Assembly: GCA_963808905.1 (NCBI GenBank)
Contig: CAWEHO010000003.1
Span: 155,755 to 219,754 of the forward strand
Reading direction: 5' to 3'
Origin: an uncultured Actinomycetota bacterium
Lineage (GTDB): Bacteria; Actinomycetota; Actinomycetes; Propionibacteriales; Propionibacteriaceae
DNA length: 64,000 nt
Shown: positions 10,609 to 20,560 of the stretch, piece after piece
Layout of the letters: each line of letters starts with the position of its first letter
Position numbering within the stretch: position 1 is the first letter of the stretch
The notes under the pieces: generated by a model
Seen by the model: the letters and a program-made list of their open reading frames with translations, nothing else
Database searches by the model: none
Told to the model about the DNA's origin: nothing
Program-made: the position numbers and the translations under genes

Positions 10609-11184
10609 TTGGGCTTTGTGACAGATATTGCAGACGCACAGGTGCGACGCCAGTGGGTGGTGGTGCTCGCTCGGCTGCCGGCAGAGCCGGCACGCCACCG
10701 AATGGCGCTGTGGCGTGAGCTCCGGCGTTCCGGCGCTATCGCGCTCGGCCAGGCAGTATGGGCCGTTCCGGACCTGCCCGCAGCGCGGCCATTGCTAGCG
10801 CGTCTGACGGGCCTCGTCGAGGGGGCCAACGGGACCCTGTTGCTGCTGGCCGCGAAGGGCTTCGACGATGGGGACGTGTCCCGCCTTGAGCAGCTGTACG
10901 CGGCTGCCCGCGAGGAGGAATGGGCAGAGTTCGCTGCCGACTGTGGCAAGTACCTGGCCGAGCTGGACAAAGAAGAGCGACTCGGCAAATACACACTGGC
11001 CGAGCTCGAAGAAGAAGAGCAGAGCCTCGACCGGTTGCGCCGCTGGTACCGGGAGCTACGGAGTCGCGATCTGCTCGGGATCGCCCCAACCACGGACTCA
11101 GCCACATCTCTCAAGCAATGCGAGGAGCGGTTCGAGGCGTACGCGGAGCATGTGTACGCCGCCCTTAGCCGTCCCACAGCCTGA
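10609..11184 (+). CDS. Chromate resistance protein ChrB N-terminal domain protein
   Basis: WVVVLARLPAEPARHRMALWRELRRSG and ELEEEEQSLDRLRRWY are typical of actinobacterial ChrB-domain proteins; start codon uncertain. Confidence 0.75.
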   Translation: MGFVTDIADAQVRRQWVVVLARLPAEPARHRMALWRELRRSGAIALGQAVWAVPDLPAARPLLARLTGLVEGANGTLLLLAAKGFDDGDVSRLEQLYAAAREEEWAEFAADCGKYLAELDKEERLGKYTLAELEEEEQSLDRLRRWYRELRSRDLLGIAPTTDSATSLKQCEERFEAYAEHVYAALSRPTA

Positions 11185-11230
11185 TCGTCAGAAAATCGCA
11201 GAGGCTTGCACGCTCAGCCGGAAGGTAAGG

Positions 11231-11755
11231 ATGTTCAAACCGAAGGACACGCTGGACCGGATCTTCGAGATCGGGATCATCGCCAAAGGCCTCAATGGAC
11301 TCGCCGAGCTGGTGGGCGGCCTGCTTTTGCTGTTCGTGACCCCGAGCAATATCCATCATCTGGTCGCGCTGCTGACGCAGGATGAGTTATCAGAGGACCC
11401 GCACGACGTCATCGCCCACTATCTGTTGCACACCGCGAACGGACTCACTGGCGGCGCCGTGCTCTTTGGCGCCGTGTACCTGTTGATACACGGGGCCGTG
11501 AAGGTCGTGCTGGTCGTCGCATTGTTGCTGAACAAGCTCTGGGCCTATCCCTGCCTGATCGTTGTTCTGCTGGTCTTCATCTGCTACCAGCTGTATCGGA
11601 TTGCTCTCAATCCGACTGCGGGCTTGGTCGCCCTGACCGTGTTCGATTCAGTGATTGTCGCGTTGACCTGGCGCGAATACCGGCGACTACGCCGGGTCCC
11701 GCCCGACCCTCCAAGTCCCGTCGACAGTGCTCCAAGGCAGGCTGTCGAGCGGTGA
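11231..11755 (+). CDS. DUF2127 family membrane protein
   Basis: AAGG RBS, ATG 11231. FEIGIIAKGLNGLAE, YLLIHGAVK, LWAYP, YQLYR motifs. Confidence 0.85.
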   Translation: MFKPKDTLDRIFEIGIIAKGLNGLAELVGGLLLLFVTPSNIHHLVALLTQDELSEDPHDVIAHYLLHTANGLTGGAVLFGAVYLLIHGAVKVVLVVALLLNKLWAYPCLIVVLLVFICYQLYRIALNPTAGLVALTVFDSVIVALTWREYRRLRRVPPDPPSPVDSAPRQAVER

Positions 11756-13071
11756 GCAAGCAAACAGAGGGGCGACCGGCCGTAGCCGCTGACGTCTCAT
11801 CAGCTGCCGCGCCAGGTACTGTGCACCCTTCATGGTCGCCGTGGCGCACGGTCGTGGGATTTGGGGTGGTGAGTCTCGCCGCGGACATGGTGTACGAGGG
11901 CGCCCGATCGGTTACCGGCCCGTTGCTGGCGGCGCTTGGCGCATCTGCCGTGTTGGTAGGGCTGGTCAGCGGCGCGGGCGAGGCCACGGCGCTTCTGATG
12001 CGTGTGGTCTTCGGGTCATGGGCGGACCGCACTCGGAGCTACTGGCCACTGACTTTCGCTGGGTATGCCCTGACTGCAGTCTGCGTACCTGCACTCGCCA
12101 TTACGCCGTTCCTGGCCGGGGCCGGGCTTGCGCTGGCCTGCGTCCTCATCCTGGGGGAGCGGCTCGGGAAGGCGGTTCGGAGTCCAGCGAAGACAGCACT
12201 GCTCGCTCATGCCGCCAGTGCAGTCGGCCTCGGACGCGGCTTCGGCGTGTACCAAGCACTTGATCAGATAGGTGCCGTTGCGGGGCCCGTCCTCGTCGCG
12301 GCGGTGGCCGCCGCGGCGGGGACACTCTGGCCGGCCATGGCCGTGCTGATCATTCCGGGAGCGATCTCGATGCTCATCCTGGTTCGGATCTGGCGACATA
12401 TGGGCAATCCTGTTGTCAGCGGCGAGGACCCGGATCCAACGGAAACTACATCTCGGGCTGGGCGTCGAGAGTCACTGGTCTCGCAATTGCACGGTCGCCT
12501 ACCCAGAGTGTTCTGGCTGTTCGCGGCTGCCTCGGCGGCAATCAGTGCAGGGCTGGTCACGTTCGCCATCATCGCCTATCACCTCACGCAAGATCACGTC
12601 GTTGGTGTCGCGGCTGTGCCTTTGATCTACGCCGCGGCGATGGGCGCAGGATCCGTGGCCGCGCTGGGATCCGGCTGGCTCTTCGATCGCACCAGGGGCG
12701 GCGCGCTGTTGGGCCTGCCCTTCATCGTGTCCGCCGTGCCAGTCTTCGCGTTCGCGTCATCAGCCCTCGTCGCCATAGCGGGTGCGCTGCTCTGGGGCGC
12801 GGCGGGCGGCGTACTCGACTCCACCATCAAGGCGCTGGTTGCCGACCTCGTACCCGCACCCAGACGCGCCACCGCGTACGGAGTGTTCGCTGCCGTGCAA
12901 GGCGCCGCGGCCGTCGTCGGTGGAGTCATGGCGGGCGCCCTCTACGAGCGATCGCTGCCGATACTGATCGCGGCTGTCGCGGCCACCCAGGTCATCGCTC
13001 TGGTCTTGCTCATCGCAACGCTGCGGCGCCGTCGGAAGACCCGGACCGAACCGGGCTCCGGTGCCACGTGA
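11752..13071 (+). CDS. MFS transporter
   Basis: About 12 hydrophobic segments; DMVYEGARS, ERLGKAVRSPAK, GRGFG..ALDQ motifs; GTGA overlap with the upstream stop. Confidence 0.9.
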   Translation: MSKQTEGRPAVAADVSSAAAPGTVHPSWSPWRTVVGFGVVSLAADMVYEGARSVTGPLLAALGASAVLVGLVSGAGEATALLMRVVFGSWADRTRSYWPLTFAGYALTAVCVPALAITPFLAGAGLALACVLILGERLGKAVRSPAKTALLAHAASAVGLGRGFGVYQALDQIGAVAGPVLVAAVAAAAGTLWPAMAVLIIPGAISMLILVRIWRHMGNPVVSGEDPDPTETTSRAGRRESLVSQLHGRLPRVFWLFAAASAAISAGLVTFAIIAYHLTQDHVVGVAAVPLIYAAAMGAGSVAALGSGWLFDRTRGGALLGLPFIVSAVPVFAFASSALVAIAGALLWGAAGGVLDSTIKALVADLVPAPRRATAYGVFAAVQGAAAVVGGVMAGALYERSLPILIAAVAATQVIALVLLIATLRRRRKTRTEPGSGAT

Positions 13072-13104
13072 CGCAGAGTCGGAGAAAGAGTCGGAGAAGC
13101 TGCA

Positions 13105-14469
13105 TCAATCCTCGCCGCCATCGGCGCCGTCGACGTTGTGGGGTTCGTCAGTCTGTTTGGCGAACGGGCGACGCCAGCTTGCCCCGGGTGGTAGTCCACG
13201 CAGCGACGGCCGATCGGGGTGGGGAAGAGCTGCGTGGATGATCGGCGGCAGCTGGGACAGTGGCTTGGCGCGCTGCGCATCCTTCCACTGTTGCCGAGAA
13301 CGGGCGCGATCTTCGAGGTTCAGTTGGTTCAGCACATGCTCGACCGCGGCGAGGATGGAACCGCGCAGCAGCCATGAGGACTTGTTCTCGCCGACGTTGA
13401 TCATGATCAACTCGGTCAAGATCGCCTGCGTTTCACGCAGGATCTCGAGGCTCTCGTCAAGGGACCGCTCAGCCTCCTCCTCGCGTGCCTCTACCTCGGC
13501 GAGGACCAGGCTGCCGAACGCCCGTATGCAATCGGCAATGTCGTGCAGCACGACAGCGAACGCGGCGCGCAGTTCTTCACCGTACGGGTCGTCAGGTCTG
13601 TCCTCGGTCGGAACTTCAGTGAGCAAGACCACGAGGAGAGCGCGGATTGCCAACAGGCAGCTTTCCAACGTGTTGAGCCCGCTCGCCAAGACTGGCTCGA
13701 TGTCAGTTGTTGCCAGGGCGCGCGGATTGAAGCGCCGGCTGTCTTTCAACGAAGCAACTGTTTCGGTGGCAGACGTCAGGCGACGAGCGCCCGCGCGGAC
13801 GAGGTCGAGCCAGTCCTGGACTTGTTCACGTCTGATCGGTCCCTCGGCCAAGGCTTGGCTTGCTACGTCGAGTGGGGCGGCCGTCGCTTCCGCGGCGTCG
13901 ATCACGGCTCGGCCTGCTCTCCGGGTCGGGAGCGCGGGCGGGTAGATCAAATTGAACGCGATCCCCACCCCGGCGCCAATCAAGGTGTTCAGGATTCTGA
14001 TCTCTGCTGCGACATTCGGGCTGGTGACGCCAAGGATCAACATGGCGCTGATCGGCGCTTCCAGGGCCTGCTCTCCCAGCCGGAAAATCCTCGCAAGGAT
14101 CAAAGAGGCGGCGATTGCCAGGCCCAGACTCCACCAGGTGAGGCCGATCCAGATCGAAAGGAGAGTAGCGACCAGAACGCCGGCCAGGACCGCGCCGACT
14201 CGAACCGCGCCCATCTTGAGAGTGGAGTAGGCCGATGCCTGCATGACCAGCAAGGCTGTGAGCGGTCCGGTCAGATCAATCGCGCCACTCGTCACGACCA
14301 GGGTCAGGAGGTAGGAGACCACGGCTGCGGCAGTCAACCGGAAGATATTGACCATGGCGGGGCGTAACCGACGCGGGACATCTCGCCATCGCGTCGGCCG
14401 CCCTGGCCACGCCATGTTGGCCAGGTGCTGCCACCGGAGGTAACGAACCGCCGACTCGATCTTGCTCAT
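13105..14469 (-). CDS. FUSC / aromatic acid exporter family membrane protein
   Basis: N-terminal TM bundle (LTGPLTALLVMQAS..RVGAV, ISAMLIL) followed by a helical soluble domain. Confidence 0.75.
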   Translation of the reverse strand: MSKIESAVRYLRWQHLANMAWPGRPTRWRDVPRRLRPAMVNIFRLTAAAVVSYLLTLVVTSGAIDLTGPLTALLVMQASAYSTLKMGAVRVGAVLAGVLVATLLSIWIGLTWWSLGLAIAASLILARIFRLGEQALEAPISAMLILGVTSPNVAAEIRILNTLIGAGVGIAFNLIYPPALPTRRAGRAVIDAAEATAAPLDVASQALAEGPIRREQVQDWLDLVRAGARRLTSATETVASLKDSRRFNPRALATTDIEPVLASGLNTLESCLLAIRALLVVLLTEVPTEDRPDDPYGEELRAAFAVVLHDIADCIRAFGSLVLAEVEAREEEAERSLDESLEILRETQAILTELIMINVGENKSSWLLRGSILAAVEHVLNQLNLEDRARSRQQWKDAQRAKPLSQLPPIIHAALPHPDRPSLRGLPPGASWRRPFAKQTDEPHNVDGADGGED

Positions 14470-14487
14470 TCGGCCACCTCTCCGACG

Positions 14488-14787
14488 TCAGGGTGGATCG
14501 AACCCGGTAAGCCAGGTCAGCTGGGACTCACCCTCTTCAATGAGGCTGCTGAGCTGACGATTGAAAATCAGGCCGTACTCGGCGCTGATGTGCGCTTCAA
14601 AGCTGGCCTCATCGAGATACTGCTCGGAAACGAAGAACTTACCTGGGTTGTCGCGCTCCCGATAGACGGTGAACTCGATGTCGCCGGGCTCACGTCGCAC
14701 CTTCTCGGCCAGGCCGGAGATGAGCCTCCCAACCCCCGATTCAGATCCCGGTTTGGCCGTGAACTCGGCGTACAAAATCATGGGCAC
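14488..14787 (-). CDS. Putative quinol monooxygenase (ABM family)
   Basis: FTAKPG, VRREPG, FFVSEQY.DEASFEAH motifs. Confidence 0.85.
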   Translation of the reverse strand: MPMILYAEFTAKPGSESGVGRLISGLAEKVRREPGDIEFTVYRERDNPGKFFVSEQYLDEASFEAHISAEYGLIFNRQLSSLIEEGESQLTWLTGFDPP

Positions 14788-14920
14788 GTCGGACTTCCTA
14801 TCATGCTCGACGTTACCTACCTGACGCTTGCCATAACGGCGCTGCTGCCGGTGTGCTTGACCAGGTCATGAGGCGACGCGAGCATGGCAGTCCTCAGCCG
14901 AATGCTCCCAAGGAGCCGCG

Positions 14921-15652
14921 ATGACCGATGCGGCCGTACGCGCCAAAACGAAGGTGCCCCGCGCGTGCTCGGACGTGTTCCGCTTCTGGGTGTCGCTTGC
15001 GCTAGGCGTTTTGGTTGCACTTGTCTTCGAGATCGTTGTGTTCGCGCTCCAGGTCACGGGGGCGCGGGGGCACACGGACGAGCAATTCGAGCTCGAGTTC
15101 GGATTCGGCGCGAGACTGACTACCTGGATTGGGTTCGCGGTCACCTACCTTGCCTTGGGACTGCGCGCTTTCGCCCGCTGTGATCGGGCAGAACTGGTGC
15201 GGCGCGTTCTGGCAAAGCCTCTGCCGACATCACCTGTCAAGAGATGGTTACTCGCCGGGGGTGGCGGTACCGGTTGGCCAGTCGTCATTGCAGCCATTGC
15301 TTTTTTCACGATCATCACTGCGGTGCTCCGGCGCGGCCAAAGCACCCCGCTTGTCCTGGGGCTCGCCGCCTTCACGGTGGTGACCTGCTGGATGGTGATC
15401 ACGTTCAGCTTCGCGCTGCAGTATGCGCGCCGGGACATTGAGCAAGGCGGACTGCAATTCCCGGGGGCGCACCAGCCGGTGTTCACTGACTACAGCTACC
15501 TGGCCATCGGATGTTCAGCGACATTCGGCACCACGGATACGACTGTGGTCAACACCTCGATGCGCCGTATCGTCAGCGTGCACAGCGTGCTTGGGCTGCT
15601 GATGAATACCGTCGTTGTTGCCGTGTTGCTGTCGATCATTGTCTCAAGTTGA
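14921..15652 (+). CDS. DUF1345 family membrane protein
   Basis: FALQYAR, GLQFPG..P..TDYSYLA, TFGTTDT, RRIVSVHSVL motifs. Confidence 0.85.
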   Translation: MTDAAVRAKTKVPRACSDVFRFWVSLALGVLVALVFEIVVFALQVTGARGHTDEQFELEFGFGARLTTWIGFAVTYLALGLRAFARCDRAELVRRVLAKPLPTSPVKRWLLAGGGGTGWPVVIAAIAFFTIITAVLRRGQSTPLVLGLAAFTVVTCWMVITFSFALQYARRDIEQGGLQFPGAHQPVFTDYSYLAIGCSATFGTTDTTVVNTSMRRIVSVHSVLGLLMNTVVVAVLLSIIVSS

Positions 15653-15708
15653 GCCGCTAACATTGGATTGGACTTATTCGCCGATTCGGCTGCGAATGGC
15701 CGGGGGCG

Positions 15709-15714
15709 TATAAT
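15709..15714 (+). promoter_or_regulatory. Consensus -10 box TATAAT upstream of the kinase-STAND gene
   Basis: Exact TATAAT 26 nt before TTG 15740 (GAAGGGG RBS-like). No consensus -35 at 17 bp. Confidence 0.45.
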
Positions 15715-15739
15715 TCCGTCTGAAGATGAAGGGGTTCAC

Positions 15740-18700
15740 TTGCCGGAATTAGTCACCGACTTCCAATCCTTACCAGAAGAATACCAGCACCTCATTCGTC
15801 TGGCGGAGGAGACTCACAAGATCGCCGTTGCTCCGCTTCAGCTACTGGTCGGAGGTTGGTCGGGTGCTGTCGTCTATCTTGTCAGTGTTTCGAACAAAGA
15901 CACGAAACGCGTTCAACACTGCATTCTCAAACTAGACCGCAGGGGCAGGAGCGCCAAATCGGACGAAATAACACGGCATAACACGCTGATCAGCAAGTGC
16001 ACACCCGAGTTTGCCCGGGATCATATTGCGGAGTTGGTCTTTGATCGTGTTGAGCATGATGGCACAATTGCCATTTTCTATAGAATTGCCGGTCAATCCT
16101 TGCTCAAGTATCGTCCCTTGTCAGACTACGAACGGCAAAGCCAATTAAGAACCATTTTTGCCAAGACCAATGAAGTACTTCTTGTCGAGTGGAACAGCGC
16201 TCCATCGTTTGAAGCCGTCCACCCGCACAAGATATTGCAGAGATGGTTGGGTTTCCGCTTGGATTCCGGCGGAAACATCGAATCGTTCTTACAAGAAGAT
16301 TTACACCTGAGCCCAGATAGTGCGGGCTTACTCGTCAACGGACGCGTGTTCCCCAATCCGTTGAGCTATGCGCGAAAGGCTGACCTATGGGGCAAGGCTC
16401 GGCCTATCGATATTGCGTCCGGATTTATCCATGGCGACTTGAATGCTAACAATATCTTAGTCAGATTTTCCGAAAACAACGAATTTCTTGATGGCTACTA
16501 TCTGATCGACTTCGCGCTCTTCAAGGATCAAATGCCACTGTTCTACGATCAGCGTTATTTGGAAATGTCCTACCTGACGCACGCCATGTCACGTATCTCA
16601 TTTGCCAAGTGCATAGATTTTCTCACGTTGCTGGCTGTGGCGGATGTGCCAGATCCTCATAAGGTGCCGATCGAGATGTCCGGCGTCTCTTCGGTCATTG
16701 GGTCTGCTCGAGACGCATTTGGTGGGTGGGTGCAAGACAGTCATCCGAGTTTGCATGATGATCTTTGGGGACAGTACTGGTTGGCCGGAGTCGCCGCCGG
16801 GTTGGGTTACTGTCACAAGGTTGGTTTGTCCGCTGAGCAGCGCTTGGCCGGATTGATTTACGCGGCTGCCAATCTCAAACGGTATGCCGTGACGTTCAAC
16901 CTGCCGGCACCCACCAATGTAGAACCGCTCTACGATGAGAGCCAGGCCGACACAGGCCCTTCTACAATGGGGAAATCTACGATCGGAAACCGAAGCATAA
17001 CCTCCCTAGCTCAACCCACTCCCTTCATCGGGCGCCAGTCGGAACTGACAGCTGTGAAAGACCTCCTGACGCGCGACCAACAGGAGGCACGTCTCGTAAC
17101 ACTGACCGGTCCGGGCGGCACAGGAAAGACCCGTTTGGCGGTTCAGGCTGCTGCAGACCTGGTCAGTCGCTTCTCGGATGGCGTCTATTTCGTCGACCTT
17201 GCGCCGATTCGGGAGCCCGAAGCTGTGCTGACGACGATTGCCCGGACGGTAGCCATCAGAGAAAGTAGCGATCGGCGGTTGCTAGATGAGATCAAAGAGC
17301 AGTTGCAGTCTAAAGCGATGTTGCTGGTGCTCGATAACTTCGAGCAGGTTACGGCGGCGGCCCCATCGGTAGGGGAAGTGCTTCAAGGCTGTCCGCAGTT
17401 GAAACTGCTGGTAACCAGCCGGGAACCCTTGCACTTGCGTGGCGAGCATATTCGCTCGGTGCCTCCGCTCACTCTCCCGCGCGCCGATCACAAGCAACAA
17501 TCTCTCGAACAATTGACTCAGTGTGAAGCGGTGAGATTGTTTGTCGAACGCGCTATGACGGTCAAGTCGGATTTTGAATTGACAAACGAGAACGCTCCCG
17601 CTGTTACCGAGATCTGCCTCCGGCTGGACGGGTTGCCGCTCGCAATCGAGCTTGCGGCGGCCCGAATGAGGCTGTTTTCGCCGCGAGCCCTACTTGAGCG
17701 ACTAGGTGGTCGGTTGCAGATGCTTCGGGGTGGCGCCCGGGACCTCCCTGTTCGACAACAAACGCTGCGCGACACTATTGACTGGAGCTATGAACTGCTT
17801 GGCGATGGTGAGCAAAGATTGTTTGCGCTGCTCTCAGTGTTCGCAGGTTGGACATTCGACGCGATTGAGACAGTCACCGCCAAGATGAATCATCATCTCG
17901 ATGGGTTGAAGCTCGATGCTCTCGAGGGGCTGGACTCGCTTGTGGATAAAAGCCTGATCCGACAGACAGATCAAGACACCGGCGAGCCTCGGTTGCTGAT
18001 GCTGGAAACAATCCGAGAATACGCAACGGAACGGCTTGCGCAGGATGAGGAGTTCGCCGCGGCGGCTCACCAGGCCCACGCCGTGTACTACGCCGATTTT
18101 GCCGCGCGTCAATGGGAACGCATGAGCGGCGATGGTCGTGAGGCTGCTCTGCGGGAGATGGAATCTGATATCGAGAACTTGCGGATTTCTTGGCGCCATT
18201 GGGTTGAAAAAAAGGATCTGGAACAACTCAACAAGTTTGTCAACGGTCTCGGATTGCTGTATGACGCGCGCGGTTGGTACCACGCTACCGTGGAACTCAC
18301 GAATGATTTACTAAACGTCCTGGCTGCTACGCCCTCCACACCGGAACGCGTAGAACAGGAGATAATGTTGCAAACCAGCCTCGCTCGCGCGCTGATGGTA
18401 AGCAAGGGATATGGCGAAGAAGCTGAGCAGGCATACGTCCGGGCGCTGGAACTTTGCGAAAAGGCGGGCGAAATTCCTCAGGTGTTTCCCGTACTGCGCG
18501 GCCTGGCCTCGCTTTATAATTTCCGTAATGAGTCAGATAAGGCTGAGCAGCTGGGTGAGCGCATGTTGGATCTGGCCGAACGTCTTGGCGATGTAGATAT
18601 GAAGATTGAAGGGCTGCTGGTTACTGGCTCTAACCTAGCGTTTACTACGAGTCCACAATTGGGTCTGGAGCATATCGAAAGAGGGATCCTCTTATATAAC

Positions 18701-19523
18701 TCACAACGTCAACCCAGCAGGGGCCTTGGTATTGGACCGAATCCGGGAGTGGTAAGTCTCAACGTGTCGGCTTTGTTCCTTTGGACCGGCGGCTATCCCG
18801 ATCGCGCCTACAATCGTGCGGCCGGAGGCGATAGCGCTGGCGCGGAAACTCAACCACCCTTACAGCCTCACCTATGCCCAGTTCCACAACGGTCTACTCA
18901 ATATGTGGCTAAGGAATTACGAAATTGCTCGGGACAGCGCCGAAGCCGTACTGGAACTCGCCGAGACGTACGGATTCCAGATTTGGAGTGCGATTGGCTC
19001 CTGTCTGCGTGGTGCGGCCTTGGTCAACCTCGGAAGGATAGCGGAGGGCCTTGTGTTGACCGAACAAGGGCTCAGGGCGTATCGCGGACTTAAAACCCCT
19101 CCGGTCTTTTGGCCGCTGCTTCTCCATCTTTGTGCAGGCGCATATGGCGCAGCCTCACGACCAAGGGATGGGTTAGCTCTGCTGGACGAGGCTATGGCGG
19201 TGGAGAAATTCAGCTCAAGTTCCTCGGAGAGCTTGACTGGCGAGTTTTTGAGCCTGAAAGGTGATTTTCTCCTGGCGCTGTCGTCCGATAATGCTGCCGA
19301 CGCGGAATCTCTTTATCAAGGTGCTGTGAATAGTGCTCGTCAAGCGGGTGCAGCAATGGTTGAACTACAGGCAGCCATGAGATTGAGCCGCCTATGGCAG
19401 GATCACGGAAAATCCGAGCAGGCGCGAGAATTACTGAGCGCGGCGTACTCAAAAATCACCGAAGGCTTCACTACGGCGGACATGAAGGAAGCAAATGCCC
19501 TTCTCGCCGCACTGTCGTCATGA
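15740..19523 (+). CDS. Phosphotransferase-fold kinase + STAND (NB-ARC-like) ATPase + TPR-like repeat protein (apparent +1 frameshift at ~18824)
   Basis: Kinase motifs GGWSGAVV, ILKLD, HGDLNANN (16430-16453), LIDFA. Walker A GPGGTGKT (17108-17131), Walker B LLVLDNFE, LVTSRE, GLPLAI, TIDWSYELL. Removing one G at 18824-18825 joins ...AYNRAA to EAIALARKLNHPYS, giving ~1260 aa. Confidence 0.85.
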
Positions 19524-20353
19524 CGGTAAATCCTGACGAAATCGGGGTTGGTGCAACCGACGAATTGAGCCTACGCGTGAGCGTCGCCACGCTGGTGAGG
19601 GTGCTTTTCAAGAATCCCAGCAATGATGAATTGATGTTGGCTCTGGAGCGCAAAGCGACTCTGCGTAGAACAGCAGAGGGCGGAGCGGTCCGAGTAAAAT
19701 CCCAACCTTTTGGCGGCGCGATCCGGATATTGGATTTGAGTACGGTGCACGACCTGGTCGACGACTTTCACTTTGATAGCGAGCGCTCGCGAGCCGAGCA
19801 GGACTTCCGCATATTCATTAGACCATCATCCTGGTCGTCGCTCCGGGAGTTCTGTCTACAGCACATCGTTCTTGACGACGATCTCATTCTTGAGACCAGT
19901 CCAAGTCGAGAACTGGTCGAAGAGTTCGCCGAAACATTAGGCGTTGAATTGAGGCCGGAGCAGTATGTCAGCAAGCCGGTAGCAACAATAGTCGAGAATA
20001 GGGCGATATCGACCGAAAACATTTATGCGTCGGGAACTTCCACGGTTAGAATCTATCGCATTTACGAAGCCATCATCACAGATTTGTTCTTGCCACATGT
20101 CATGCTTGAGCACGGAAACGATTTGTCTCATCAGAGACTATGTGAACTGGCAATTGCAGATGCTCAAAGCGGCGGGAAGGGAAAGGCAAATGCCGTTTTG
20201 ACTCTGCCATGGGAACGTCTCCAAAATGTTTACCGAGCCATGGCGCCAGCAGAACGCGACATCCCCATTGTGTTTGAGGAGAATCGGTTGGATTCGAGTG
20301 TCGCAGCGATTTTGGAAGAGATCGCCGTGCCACGGTATCAAGGCGTGTACTAG
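19520..20353 (+). CDS. NUDIX-fold protein resembling the SMODS-associated NUDIX domain
   Basis: ATGA overlap with the upstream stop. LRVSVATLVR, QPFGG, QDFR and ETSPSRELVEEF match my recollection of the Sa_NUDIX pattern (RVS.AYL.R, QPVGG, DLR, E.SP.RE..EE). Confidence 0.65.
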   Translation: MTVNPDEIGVGATDELSLRVSVATLVRVLFKNPSNDELMLALERKATLRRTAEGGAVRVKSQPFGGAIRILDLSTVHDLVDDFHFDSERSRAEQDFRIFIRPSSWSSLREFCLQHIVLDDDLILETSPSRELVEEFAETLGVELRPEQYVSKPVATIVENRAISTENIYASGTSTVRIYRIYEAIITDLFLPHVMLEHGNDLSHQRLCELAIADAQSGGKGKANAVLTLPWERLQNVYRAMAPAERDIPIVFEENRLDSSVAAILEEIAVPRYQGVY

Positions 20354-20560
20354 TGGTCTGGCGCTGAAATCCTCTCCCGGCGGCGGCCGCAACGTCTCAG
20401 CGATGATCTTCCGCTGGTCGACCAACCGGGTGATACCGGCATCGACATGTCGGGACCGCCACACAGTCACGGTCGGCCGCGATACCCAGACCCGATTGGC
20501 GATCTCGGCGTTGCGCAGGCCTTCGGAAGCCAACAGTCGGATCCTGCGAACAGCGCGTCA
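20340..20560 (-). mobile_element. Decayed IS630-family transposase N-terminal fragment
   Basis: RRIRLLASEGLRNAEIANRVWVSRPTVTVWRSRH...DQRKIIAETLRPPP resembles the IS630 HTH region. In-frame stop just upstream, internal deletion, no DDE domain. Confidence 0.75.

Noticed and set aside
15668-15739. TTG 15668 as the start of the kinase-STAND gene
   Set aside because: The TATAAT box lies inside this stretch and TTG 15740 has a purine-rich RBS, so the later start is preferred.
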